A stretch of 64,000 nt of DNA from NCBI GenBank assembly GCA_963664115.2, contig CAXWPJ010000002.1:544001-608000 (forward strand), given 5' to 3'. The position numbers and the translations under genes are program-made. This document shows, one piece after another, positions 19,192 through 29,260 of the stretch (the stretch's first letter is position 1; each line of letters opens with the position of its first letter). The stretch is from Terriglobia bacterium. Its GTDB lineage: Bacteria; Acidobacteriota; Terriglobia; 20CM-2-55-15. The notes below the pieces were generated by a model. It was given only the letters and a program-made list of their open reading frames with translations. It was not told the origin of the DNA and made no database searches.

Positions 19192-19413
19192 ATGAAAGAT
19201 TACTGCAGCTGCGGATCTCACAATCCCGATCAGACTACACTGAATGGCGGAATGATCATCTGCCCGGACTGCGAAAAGCCAATCTGTTGTAACGCCGTTC
19301 TTCTGGGTCTGACCCCGGAACCGCCCCACAGCGCGGAGATCGGAGATGGAGCGCATCTCATTTGCTGGCGACATTGGGACATTGTTGCACCACCCAACCG
19401 GCATGCGGTTTGA
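19192..19413 (+). CDS. Small Cys-rich hypothetical protein
   Basis: 73 aa with CSC, CPDC, CC and C..H; GGGGTG upstream. Confidence 0.45.
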   Translation: MKDYCSCGSHNPDQTTLNGGMIICPDCEKPICCNAVLLGLTPEPPHSAEIGDGAHLICWRHWDIVAPPNRHAV

Positions 19414-19736
19414 ATCCTCATAACCCACTCCAAGGGACTCGAACTCTTTCCTGATTCCTCGCCCACATTCAGCCTGTCCGCTTTTCCTTTTCTGAAGTCA
19501 AACCTGGGCATATAATCCCGGAGGGCGCGCTCCACTTTCTTCAAGAATTAGCGCTCCCGTGCTCGGCTGACCCTCTCGAAGATGGCCTTTCGGCGGGTTG
19601 GCCGGGCCCCTCTTATTATTCCCCATTGTCAAAGAGACGTGTCACGGACTCCCGATCAAAAAAACGCTGCGTCACTTTCGGAGATCGGGTATCTCCGAGG
19701 TATGGGAGATATCAGGATCCATGTCTCTCGAATCGC

Positions 19737-19916
19737 TTATCCTGCCGTTCGTAAACCGATCAGTTCGCCATATGCCAGGACGTGACCCTCGATCCCGGCG
19801 AGGACATCGGCTCGGGTGTTCGATTCAGGGCTGATTGCATCGACGTCCAGGGCATAATCGCGGAACTGGTACTGATGCCGGCCCAGTGGTGGACAGGGCG
19901 GAAGGCCATGGTATCC
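19737..19916 (-). pseudogene. C-terminal remnant of a YbhB/YbcL (PEBP-like) gene
   Basis: GYHGLPPCPPLGRHQYQFRDYALD...TRADVLAGIEGHVLAYGELIG; stops immediately upstream. Confidence 0.65.
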
Positions 19917-19984
19917 TCGTCAGAATCACTCATTAACGACCGGTAAGCGCTGAATAAATTCAGCCTTCACTTCGAGTAAAGAAA

Positions 19985-20698
19985 ATGAAAAAACAACTCT
20001 TCGTAGCCATCATTCTTGCGGGCGTCGTCCTCACTGGCAACGCAAGTGCCGAAGTCATCGAAAAGGAAGGGACTTTTGGAGGAATGCGAGTCGACTACAT
20101 CGTCGTCCTTCCAGATGGATTCGATCCTTCAAACGAATATCCTGCCGTACTCGCCTTCGCAGGCGGCGGGCAGACGATGAGGACAACGCGGAACGCGGTG
20201 GGGAACCATTGGGCCGGGGAAGCCGAGAAGCAGGGCTACATCGTCGTCAGTCCCGCTGCTCCGATGGGACAGTTGTTTTTCCGGGCGGGCGCTTTGATCG
20301 TCCCCGCTCTTCTGGACGAGATCCTTCGGGACTACAAGGTGGAAGGAAGTAAGTTCCACATCGCCGGCCGCTCTAACGGAGGACTGAGCGCCTTTCACGT
20401 CGCCGCATCCTATCCACAGTACTTTCGCTCTCTGACAGGCTTCCCGGGCTTCCTGCGGGATGCAAACCGGGAGCGGGTGGGGGCCCTCACCGGACTGTGC
20501 ATTTACCTGCATGTCGGAGAGTTTGACGACGGCTGGAGGCAGGCAATGATGGGACAGGCTGAAATGCTGCGTGACCAGGGCTTCCGGGTCCAGTTTGCAG
20601 TGGAGGACGGCATGGGACACGCGCTCGACAGCCTGGCGGGGGACGGATCGAAACGATTGTTTGAACACTTCGCAGACTCCGCCGCAAACTGCGAGTAA
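19985..20698 (+). CDS. Secreted esterase-like alpha/beta hydrolase
   Basis: Signal peptide; GRSNGG nucleophile, GEFD, GMGH. Confidence 0.8.
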   Translation: MKKQLFVAIILAGVVLTGNASAEVIEKEGTFGGMRVDYIVVLPDGFDPSNEYPAVLAFAGGGQTMRTTRNAVGNHWAGEAEKQGYIVVSPAAPMGQLFFRAGALIVPALLDEILRDYKVEGSKFHIAGRSNGGLSAFHVAASYPQYFRSLTGFPGFLRDANRERVGALTGLCIYLHVGEFDDGWRQAMMGQAEMLRDQGFRVQFAVEDGMGHALDSLAGDGSKRLFEHFADSAANCE

Positions 20699-21616
20699 TC
20701 AGGCGTCGCCGCCGGGGGATCCCTCGGCCTCGATAAAAATCCGCTTCACTTCAGGATAGGCACCCTTGATTTGCCGTTCAAGGCTGCGTACGGTCTCCTC
20801 GATATCAGTGGCCGTGACCTGACCTGCGAACTTAACACCGAGATTCAGAAGGATGAAATCCGGCCCCATGTGCAAGGTCAAAACTTCGTTTATGTGGAGC
20901 ACGTCAGGCGAGGCATTCACAAGTTGGCGGATTCCCGAGATGACCGGCCCGTTCGCAGACTCGCCGATCAGCAGGCCTTTGGTTTCGTAGGCCAGCCAGA
21001 TCGCAGTGCCCCCCAGAATGACCCCGATCAGGATGGACGCCACGCCGTCGAACACAGCCATTCCGGTCGCCTGGGTCAGGGCCACGCCGGCGAATGCGAC
21101 ACACAGTCCCAACATCGCCGCGGAGTCTTCAAAGAGAACGACGAACAATGTGGGATCCTTGCCTCGCTGAATCGCTTCGACATAACTCCACTTGCCCTTG
21201 GTCTTCGTAAATTCAACCCAGGCGAAGTACCAGGCCCCACCCTCAAATATCATCGCCAGGCCCAGCACGACATAGTTAACGGTAGGATTTTCGATTTCTG
21301 TGGGCCGAACGACAGCGGCAACACCCCCATAGATAGAAACGCCGGCTCCGACGCCAAAGATCATAATCGCAACAATGAAACTCCAAAAATAAACTTCCTT
21401 TCCGTACCCGAAAGGAAACTGTGGGTCTGGGGGTCTCTCCGCGCGCTTCAAACCGTAGAGGAGCAGGATCTGGTTGCCGGTATCGACGAGAGAATGGATG
21501 CCCTCCGACAGCATTGCGGAACTACCCGTCAGAAAGGACGCGGCGAACTTAGTCACAGCGATCAGCGCATTGCCGGCGAGGGCAGCGAAGATAACTTTCT
21601 TTGAGGATCCAGCCAT
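20699..21616 (-). CDS. Cation diffusion facilitator (CDF) transporter
   Basis: SEGIHSLVDTGNQ, FPFGYGKE.YFW, EDSAA. Confidence 0.9.
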   Translation of the reverse strand: MAGSSKKVIFAALAGNALIAVTKFAASFLTGSSAMLSEGIHSLVDTGNQILLLYGLKRAERPPDPQFPFGYGKEVYFWSFIVAIMIFGVGAGVSIYGGVAAVVRPTEIENPTVNYVVLGLAMIFEGGAWYFAWVEFTKTKGKWSYVEAIQRGKDPTLFVVLFEDSAAMLGLCVAFAGVALTQATGMAVFDGVASILIGVILGGTAIWLAYETKGLLIGESANGPVISGIRQLVNASPDVLHINEVLTLHMGPDFILLNLGVKFAGQVTATDIEETVRSLERQIKGAYPEVKRIFIEAEGSPGGDA

Positions 21617-21636
21617 GGATTACCGCGAACCAGCCA

Positions 21637-22599
21637 CTACCGTGAGGGCGTAAACCGGTTGACCTCTATGGTGTCGCCTATTTCGATACGCATCAGATCT
21701 TCACCCAACTCAAGGGCTCCGTCGTAGTTGATCCGTGTGGAGGCCACGAGGTCATCGAGAGAGGGTGCCGGGATCTCAGAATCGCCACGCAGGGTGAGGT
21801 GGGAATACACGGCGAGTCTGGGGTTTACGCGATCGAAAACTATTCCGGCAGCCTCGGGAGTGGTGTGATGCGCGATGATCAGTCGTTCTCCTTCCGACCT
21901 GGCTAGAAGCGCGTCACTCGCTGCTGCGACCTCATGAATGATCACGTCGGTACCTTCAGCGTATCGGATAAGGTTCTCGCTGAACCGCGTATCGCCGGAG
22001 ATGACGACAGACCGTCCGAGATAATCCACCCGATAGCCCATCGCAGGCTTTATCAAATCACCATGGTCGACATCGAACGCAGTCACCCGCACCCCGTTTC
22101 GCTCAAACACAACACCCTCGGTGACATCTTTGGCGACAATCGCCACGCCTTCGGGAAGATAGTTCTGATCCGCAACCCGGATCCGGATATCGGCTTCATA
22201 CGCCTGCTCCAGACCAGCCATCATGGCTTCGGTCCCACCCGGTCCCCAGATCTGGAACGGCGTCATGCGGCCACCGAAGCCGGGAGAAAGCCAGCCGGTC
22301 AGCCAGAGATCCGGAATACCCACGGTGTGATCGGAATGAAAGTGAGTGAGGAAGACGCCGGTCACTGCTCGTAGCGGCATCCCGAGCTGAAACAAACGCT
22401 GCGTCACTCCTCGCCCGACGTCAAAGATCAATTTTTCGTCCCCCGCTTCGACCAAAGTACTCGGACCGAAGCGGTCCATCAGAGGCGGTGGCGCGCCGGT
22501 ACCCAGAAGCGTCACGGTGAGCTCCTGCCCATAAACGGCCTGCTGAGCTACGAGCAGGAAACACAAGGTAAAGACGCTCCGTAACATTATTAAGGTCAT
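21637..22599 (-). CDS. Secreted MBL-fold hydrolase (RNase Z/arylsulfatase-like)
   Basis: LLGTG, THFHSDH, ISGDT, HHTT; signal peptide after ATG 22599. Confidence 0.85.
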   Translation of the reverse strand: MTLIMLRSVFTLCFLLVAQQAVYGQELTVTLLGTGAPPPLMDRFGPSTLVEAGDEKLIFDVGRGVTQRLFQLGMPLRAVTGVFLTHFHSDHTVGIPDLWLTGWLSPGFGGRMTPFQIWGPGGTEAMMAGLEQAYEADIRIRVADQNYLPEGVAIVAKDVTEGVVFERNGVRVTAFDVDHGDLIKPAMGYRVDYLGRSVVISGDTRFSENLIRYAEGTDVIIHEVAAASDALLARSEGERLIIAHHTTPEAAGIVFDRVNPRLAVYSHLTLRGDSEIPAPSLDDLVASTRINYDGALELGEDLMRIEIGDTIEVNRFTPSR

Positions 22600-22716
22600 T
22601 GGGACATATCTCCTGGTCCGGGTGCTCGGGAACTTCCCGCACAACGGGATCATCCTGGATCTCATGAAAACTGCCGTGGACCTGTCCAATTGTTCTCTTG
22701 CTCACGCCAAGCGGTC

Positions 22717-23886
22717 CTATCCAACCCAACGAACAGATATCTTGCGGATCCTCTCAATGGCTTCCAGTATGTTATCGAGCGAGTTCGCATAACTGAATCG
22801 AAGGTAACCGGCACCGTGTTCACCAAAACCATCGCCACTGAGACAGGCCACACCGGCTTCATTCAGGATCATGTCGGCCAATTCTTTTGAAGCGATACCG
22901 GTTGCGGTGACGTTCGGAAACGCGTAAAAAGCTCCAGCAGGGGGCAGACACGTGAATCCCGGAATTGACGCGAGGCCCCGAACGATGGCGTCACGCCGCC
23001 GCTGAAACTCCGCGACCATTTCGTTCACACAATCCTGGGGGCCTTCGAGTGCGGCCAGACCGGCCCGCTGAGTGAAACTGGCCGTGCACGAATTGGAATT
23101 AACCATTAACTTCGCCACAGCCTCGGCCAACCAGACCGGCATGACGCCATAACCGAGACGCCAACCCGTCATCGAATAGCTCTTCGAAAAGCCATCGAGA
23201 ACAATCGTCTTTTCCAACATCCCGTCGCAGCCAGCTATCGACGCGGGATTGGAATCGTACGCGATTCGAGAGTAAATTTCGTCGCTCAGGATCATGACAT
23301 CCCTTTCGCGGCAAAGGTCTGCGATCAGCCTCAGATCTTCCCTGGGCATCACACCGCCAGTCGGATTGCCGGGGGAGTTCAAGATTAACATCTTCGTCTT
23401 CTCGGACAAGCGGTCGGCAAGGACGTCGAGATCGAATGAGAAGCCGCGGCTCTCAAGCAACGGTATGGGGATAGGCGTCGCCCCAAGAAAACGGATCATA
23501 GATTCGTAAATGGGGAACCCCGGATCCGGATATATCACTGCATCACCCTGTTCAAGGAGCGCAATCATCGTGAAAAACAGGACGGGCTTTCCTCCCGGAA
23601 CCACACAAACGTTTTCTGCGTCGACGGTGACACCACGCGTACGCGAAACGTACGCCGCGATGCTTTCGCGGAACTGGGGAAATCCCGGCGGCGGCCCGTA
23701 CTTGGTCACACCGTCATCCAGCGCTTTCTTGCCCGCTTCCACAATATGAGCCGGCGTTGGAAAGTCGGGCTCGCCTATTTCCAGGTGGATCACACTCCGT
23801 CCCTGCGCTTCGAGAGCCCGCGCCTTCGCCAGGACTTCGAATGCAGATTCGATCTGCATTAAGGACATTTTTTCGGCAAGTTTCAC
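22717..23886 (-). CDS. Class I/II PLP aminotransferase (aspartate aminotransferase-like)
   Basis: IGEPDF, NSPGNPTG, SDEIY, GFSKSYSMTGWRLG. Confidence 0.92.
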   Translation of the reverse strand: MKLAEKMSLMQIESAFEVLAKARALEAQGRSVIHLEIGEPDFPTPAHIVEAGKKALDDGVTKYGPPPGFPQFRESIAAYVSRTRGVTVDAENVCVVPGGKPVLFFTMIALLEQGDAVIYPDPGFPIYESMIRFLGATPIPIPLLESRGFSFDLDVLADRLSEKTKMLILNSPGNPTGGVMPREDLRLIADLCRERDVMILSDEIYSRIAYDSNPASIAGCDGMLEKTIVLDGFSKSYSMTGWRLGYGVMPVWLAEAVAKLMVNSNSCTASFTQRAGLAALEGPQDCVNEMVAEFQRRRDAIVRGLASIPGFTCLPPAGAFYAFPNVTATGIASKELADMILNEAGVACLSGDGFGEHGAGYLRFSYANSLDNILEAIERIRKISVRWVG

Positions 23887-24110
23887 GGCTGCTATTGTTC
23901 GAGTTCCTTCTGATTCATGGGGTCGGGACTATTGATCCATAACGACGAATCGTACTGTCGCCGTGGCTGCGCGATGTCAGGACGAAGGTTCCTGTCGAAC
24001 GGCTTCATTGTTATCACAACGGACCTCGGTTCGAAAGTCAGCTCGTAAACAATGTCCTTTTTCCTATGATAGGGTGTCGTTCAGGAGCGAAAGGATAAGG
24101 AGCCCACCTC

Positions 24111-24254
24111 GTGCAATGCCCACGCTGCGAGTCCGAGAGCATCAGGCGCTCCCGCCGCAATCTGATGGAGCGGGTCCTGTTGTTTTTTCTGCTTCCCTAC
24201 CGTTGTCGAAGCTGTGAAACTCGATTCTATCGACTGCGTTTTTTCACCCGCTGA
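24111..24254 (+). CDS. Small zinc-ribbon protein (47 aa, not in the ORF track)
   Basis: AAGGAG RBS, GTG start; MQCPRCESESIRRSRRNLMERVLLFFLLPYRCRSCETRFYRLRFFTR with two CxxC motifs. Confidence 0.7.
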   Translation: MQCPRCESESIRRSRRNLMERVLLFFLLPYRCRSCETRFYRLRFFTR

Positions 24255-24283
24255 TCCCGAACCGAGGCAGGAGATTTCCCGGA

Positions 24284-24613
24284 ATGAAGATAACTGACGA
24301 AACACAGCGGTCCATTCTGGCTCTTTTGACTGAAAGCCCTCTGAAGGCAGATGCGTTCGTTTACGGTTTCGATCTCAACGTCCTCACAGCTGTGTCAATC
24401 AAGGTCAAGGGACAGGAGCACTTCTATTACACGCTCCACCCATCCGAAATCGAGGGCAAACCATGGGAAGTCAGAGAAAGTCCCGGGGCTTTATTCCACG
24501 GAGCGGAAACAAGCCGGTTCCCCACTCTCGAGGAGGCCATCGCCTACATCGGTGACTGGCTGGGCCGGGTTGAAGCCCAGGTCGAGGGCCGAAAATCACC
24601 CGAGAGTCCATGA
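24284..24613 (+). CDS. Hypothetical protein
   Basis: AGGAG RBS; stop overlaps the GNAT start (ATGA). Confidence 0.65.
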   Translation: MKITDETQRSILALLTESPLKADAFVYGFDLNVLTAVSIKVKGQEHFYYTLHPSEIEGKPWEVRESPGALFHGAETSRFPTLEEAIAYIGDWLGRVEAQVEGRKSPESP

Positions 24614-25572
24614 ACGCAGCCATGACACAAGACGCCGGGATACGCATTCGGGGCCTGGAAGAGTCTGAGCTGCCCGAAGCCAACCGCATCTTGCGGATGG
24701 CGTTCGGCACATTCCTCAAAGCCGAAGATCCGGCAGCGCTGTTCCCGGGCCGCGATCTGGTTTCGACCCGTTGGAGGGCCGACCCGTCGTCCGCCATCGC
24801 TGCGGAACACGAGGGAAAACTCGTCGGCACGAATTTCGTCACCAATTGGGGAAGCTTCGGTTTCTTCGGCCCGATAACCGTTCTTCCAGAATATTGGGGC
24901 CGAAAGGTCGCTCAGCTGCTTCTGGACCGAACCATGTCCGTATTTGACGACTGGGGTATTTCCCATCGCGGTCTATTAACTTTTCCGGACAGCCCCAAGC
25001 ACATCCATCTCTACGAAAAATACGGCTTCAGGGCCGGTCACCTGATCCCCGTCCTCGGCAAGGATGTGGCCCCTCAAACAGGAGCGGAGTACACCCGGCT
25101 CTCGGCCCTCTCTGAACAGGACCGTCTTGGAGCGATCGATGCGTGTGGTGAGCTGACGCGGGAGATCCTCGACGGTTTGGACTTGAAGAAAGAACTCGGG
25201 GCAGTCCTTGAACAGAAGATCGGTGAAACCTGTCTGATCTTCGAAGCTTCGACTCTGGTTGCGTTCGCCATTTGCCACTGCGGACCCAACACAGAGGCTG
25301 GAAACAACACCTGCTACGTCAAGTTCGGGGCGGTCCGGCCTTCGGGCAAGGAGAGCACACACTTCAAACGCCTGCTCCAGGCATGCGAGGCCCTGGCTGC
25401 CGAGCAGCGATTGAGTCTTCTATCCGTCGGTGTGAACATGGGGCGATGGAAGGCCTACTCCCAACTCACCGCATCAGGATTTCGGACACGATTCACCGGG
25501 GTTGCAATGGAAACCCGCCCGGAGCGTAGCTACAACCGACCTGAGGTCTACATCATCGACGACTGGCGATAG
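24610..25572 (+). CDS. Tandem GNAT-family acetyltransferase
   Basis: GPITVLPEYWGRKVAQLL, LYEKYGF acetyl-CoA motifs. Confidence 0.85.
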   Translation: MNAAMTQDAGIRIRGLEESELPEANRILRMAFGTFLKAEDPAALFPGRDLVSTRWRADPSSAIAAEHEGKLVGTNFVTNWGSFGFFGPITVLPEYWGRKVAQLLLDRTMSVFDDWGISHRGLLTFPDSPKHIHLYEKYGFRAGHLIPVLGKDVAPQTGAEYTRLSALSEQDRLGAIDACGELTREILDGLDLKKELGAVLEQKIGETCLIFEASTLVAFAICHCGPNTEAGNNTCYVKFGAVRPSGKESTHFKRLLQACEALAAEQRLSLLSVGVNMGRWKAYSQLTASGFRTRFTGVAMETRPERSYNRPEVYIIDDWR

Positions 25573-25630
25573 GGTTAGGGTCGTTAAGAAGGGCTGAAAG
25601 CCCACAATTGTAAGTTTCGACTCTCAACCG

Positions 25631-25762
25631 CTAATTCTTTTTCCCGAACCAACTCACGTCTTCCGGATCGATCAGGTCCGGCACCGTCCAGCCGTCCAGA
25701 TCGTACTCGCCCATGCACGTATCGACGAACTCTTGCATGCGGTCTGAAAATTCGAACGCCAT
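25631..25762 (-). pseudogene. C-terminal remnant of an HpaB/PheA-type two-component flavin monooxygenase
   Basis: MAFEFSDRMQEFVDTCMGEYDLDGWTVPDLIDPEDVSWFGKKN* resembles the HpaB tail (VDRCLSEYDQNGWTVPHL). Confidence 0.65.
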
Positions 25763-26175
25763 CAGTCATCGCTGAACTCCTCTGGCGTTAAAATGCACCT
25801 GAAGGACGAAACTCGGACCGGATCTTCTCCCCGTCTTCAGGTGTGAGCCATCGCTCCTCCACCAGACGATCCACGGACTCCAGAAACCGCTGGGCGTATC
25901 CGTCAAAGCTTCCGTACACAGCTTCCAGTTGTGACCAGGTGAATGAGACCCAGTAGCCGTTGTCGCTACAGCGGAAGGGAGTGCTTCCGCCCCTCCGTCC
26001 TGGATAGAAAGTGGCCGTCGGCACGTCCAACCAGGGTGTCCGCAGTCCCCCAAGCGCGTTGCCGAACTCGTCGTTTATGAAATCGCTGCCCGAAAGCGCC
26101 AGGAACTCGGCCCTCGGCGGTGGCGTGCCCTCACGCACCCACCGATCCAGCTTGGCAAAGGCCCCTGCAAAAACA

Positions 26176-27560
26176 GAGTTATTGTCAAAAGTGGTGTTTA
26201 GGAGATTGATTCAAGCGGCGGCCTGATCGACTTGTGTCGCTTCGACACCATCGTTGAATTTCACTCCGATGATTACCTTGCTCAGATCATCGAATCCTCG
26301 TAATCGTCGCCAATTGTTCTCAGCGCACTGGCCCAGTTTGAACATCATGTGCAGCATGCCATCCCGTGTCAGGCAACCTCTGGATCGCTTCGTTCGGTGT
26401 CGAATGGTGGCAAAGGTCGACTCAATGGGATTCGTCGTTCTGATGCTCTGCCAGTGCTTGGCCGGAAAGTCGTAAAAGGCCAGCAGTTCCTCTCTGTCTT
26501 TCTGCAGGCAGAGTGTGGCTTTCGGATACTTCGGTTCATAGGTTTCAATGAACAAGTCGAATGCCTTCTCGGCGTCTGCCTTCGTCTCGGCCTGCCAGAT
26601 CGAGTGCAGGGCCTGTTTCGCCTTCGCCTGGACCGACTTGGGCAGGCAGTTGAGGACGTTCATGACTTTGTGCATCCAGCAACGTTGTTGACGTGTCTCG
26701 GGATAGATTTCCTCCAGTGCGGCCCAGAACCCCATCGCACCGTCACCGATGGCCAACTTCGGAACATTCATCCCACGGGACTTCAGCTTCAACAAGACCT
26801 CGCGCCAACTCTGTGTCGATTCCCGTACACCGTCTTCGATCGCCAGGAAACGCTTCTCTCCGCGTTCATTCACGCCGATCACGACCAATGCACACAACTT
26901 GGTTTGTTCCGCCCGAAGTCCGCTGTAGATGCCGTCGGCCCAGACATAGACCCAGCGATCTGCATCCAAACGCTCCTCGCATCCGAGGCGGTACTGTTCG
27001 CCCCAAACCTGTTTCAACCGCGATACCGTGCTCGCCGACAGACCCTGCGCCTGGGGACCGACAAGAACTTTTAGGGCCTCACCCATCTCGCCGCTGGAAA
27101 CGCCTTTCAAATACAACCACGGCACCGCTGCTTCCAGCGACTTCGTCTTCCGAATGTACGGTGGTACCAGGGCCGATCGGAACGTCACAGCTTCGCCCGT
27201 CTTGGCACGGACCTTCGGGATTTGGACTGTTACCGGACCCAATCCCGTCTGCAGTTCGCGTTCCGGCAGATAACCGTTGCGTACCACCCCGGCGTTTCCT
27301 GTCTCAGTTCGCCGGCCACCGTGCTGGGATAGCAGCTCTGCCAATTCGGCTTCCACTGCGCGTTGGATCAGTTGCTGTGCCCCAACTCGTAGTAGTTCTG
27401 TTACTGGATCCTCAATCGTTTCTCGACCTTCCGGTCCATTCACGTTACTCTTGCTCACAGTGGCGTATCTCCTATGGTTGCTTTGAAGTTTTGTCACAAC
27501 AAATCAACCAGATACGCCGCTCTTATTCAATCCCTCAAACACCAGATTCGGTTATAACTC
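26176..27560 (-). mobile_element. IS256-family insertion sequence
   Basis: Imperfect terminal IRs GAGTTAT..TGGTGTTT..GATTGA; 9-bp target duplication GCAAAAACA at 26167-26175 and 27561-27569. Confidence 0.95.
26211..27497 (-). CDS. IS256 (mutator) DDE transposase
   Basis: RNGY, YVWADG, GDGAMGF, QRCWMHK, RTTNPIES. Confidence 0.95.
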   Translation of the reverse strand: MTKLQSNHRRYATVSKSNVNGPEGRETIEDPVTELLRVGAQQLIQRAVEAELAELLSQHGGRRTETGNAGVVRNGYLPERELQTGLGPVTVQIPKVRAKTGEAVTFRSALVPPYIRKTKSLEAAVPWLYLKGVSSGEMGEALKVLVGPQAQGLSASTVSRLKQVWGEQYRLGCEERLDADRWVYVWADGIYSGLRAEQTKLCALVVIGVNERGEKRFLAIEDGVRESTQSWREVLLKLKSRGMNVPKLAIGDGAMGFWAALEEIYPETRQQRCWMHKVMNVLNCLPKSVQAKAKQALHSIWQAETKADAEKAFDLFIETYEPKYPKATLCLQKDREELLAFYDFPAKHWQSIRTTNPIESTFATIRHRTKRSRGCLTRDGMLHMMFKLGQCAENNWRRLRGFDDLSKVIIGVKFNDGVEATQVDQAAA

Positions 27561-29260
27561 GCAAAAACATAGGGCTGCGGAAAGCTGTTGATCAGTCCGA
27601 AAGGCTCGCACTCTGCCGGGAATATCCATTGAGCCGAAATCGGAGGGACTCCCATGGCCGCAAGGTCTTCGACCGGAGGATAGTAGCGGTACTGCGATTC
27701 GTCGAAGTGGCTGGCGCCGGGGACTTCGTACTGCCGGAAGCGGTAGCCCCTCACGTCACTGTCCGGCCGGCGGATGGACGGAGAAATGCTGCCTTGAGCA
27801 ATGATTTGAATGACTGGCGCACCGACGTCCTGAATTATTCGTCTGGGGTCGCTATCCCCCAGTGGTTCCTCACACGCATTCAGAGTTCGAGGGCCACCGC
27901 TTTCCTTGATGAGATAAGCGTCATAAACCGGAGCTCCGTTTGCCAGCCTCACGTTTCTATGAATCGCGTTCGCGTAAGTCGGCAAGTCGCCGCCCGACTG
28001 CATGCCGGCATAAACGTACTCCACTTCGAAGCCCGAGAGCGGGCTCGATGCTCCCCCGGACTTCAACAACGCGCCGACCTGGCTGATCACATCCCAACGG
28101 ATGCCCTCCTCGGACCTCGGGAAGAACTGAGCCGGCCGGTCCCAGGAATCCCGACGCACGCGCCCGCAGTCTTCCACCGGTCGGGGATACGCAAGGCGTC
28201 CATAGCGGCGAATATCGAACATCCGGAGTGCACCGATATTTCTAGAGAAAACGGTCACCGCGACCCACGCATGCCCTCTGGAGAGCAGGTGTTGATTGAG
28301 CTGGCCCCAAATCGCATAGGTGTCGAAGCCGGCACCCTGGTTGGCCACGTCTACCAGAACCGTACCGCTGAAGTCGCCCGAATCCCCGGGGCGGCGCACG
28401 AAAATACGCGTCGTGTACTCGAGACCCGGTGTCCTCACAGTGAGACCGCCATCCATCTCCCAGTCGTAAACGTTAGCCGAACCGCTGATGAAAAATTCCT
28501 CTTCCACGTAGCCGTACGTGGACAGATCAATTTCCGTCTGCGCGACGTGCGCTGCGGCAAAGGGATGGGAGTCTTCCGTAACAGGTATCGGACCGGTGCT
28601 GGTGGGAATCGATACGATCAGAGGCGAGAGCGAACCCTGGGCCCAAATGGAAGGGCTGAGCTCGGACGACATCGTAAAAACGACGAACACCGTTAAGACA
28701 ACACGCAACAAGACAATAATCAACGAAACTGCAGGTCGTGGGGGCAATCGCATCCTGGTTTTCCTCCGCAAGCTGACCCCGGCCTGGTTCCCTCGTGTGT
28801 CGCCATCGGGGCCCAAACGGCTATCCTACACCTGCATGCATTGAAACGCTTCTCAGATTCGCTCGGTGGGAGTCGATCCACTGTCAGAGGGTAAGAAAGG
28901 GCAGGAAGGAAAGTCTAAAGAACCGGCCACTCCGTGGCAAACAAGGGCAAGAAAAGAAGGGCACAAAAATGCAATCGGGCCAGTCGGCGCGGCTTCCACA
29001 CCCCCATGGTGATGTGAATGCGCCAAACGTGACCACCGGCCAAACCCCAGATCTAAGAGCTCTTTTTCGATGCCCCGAACGGCTTGTGGATTGCTCCACA
29101 CTCCGCCTGGAATCAACGCGCCAAGTGGCCTGTTTGGTTGCGGCCAAACCAGCCCAATCGCAGATGTAATATTGTGCCTTTTTGAGTTGCCGTCAACGCG
29201 AAAGATTTGCGTGAATTTTGGGTCCGGAAGTTTGCCGTGATGATGCCCCAATGACGGGCT

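Larger units (their letters stand above)
25788..28816 (-). pseudogene. Secreted alpha/beta-hydrolase-domain protein interrupted by IS256
   Basis: GYVEEEFFISG, YTTRI.VRRP, G.QSG, D.FGNALGGLRTP; removing the IS and one target copy restores the frame ...FPQPYVFA|GAFAKLDRWVREG. Confidence 0.85.

Noticed and set aside
26693-28696. 667-aa plus-strand ORF
   Set aside because: Antisense shadow crossing the IS256 boundary and the hydrolase gene; Arg/Pro-rich with no recognisable motifs
28850-29250. Several overlapping ORFs between the hydrolase and the FliG-like gene
   Set aside because: No RBS, motif or compositional support for any frame
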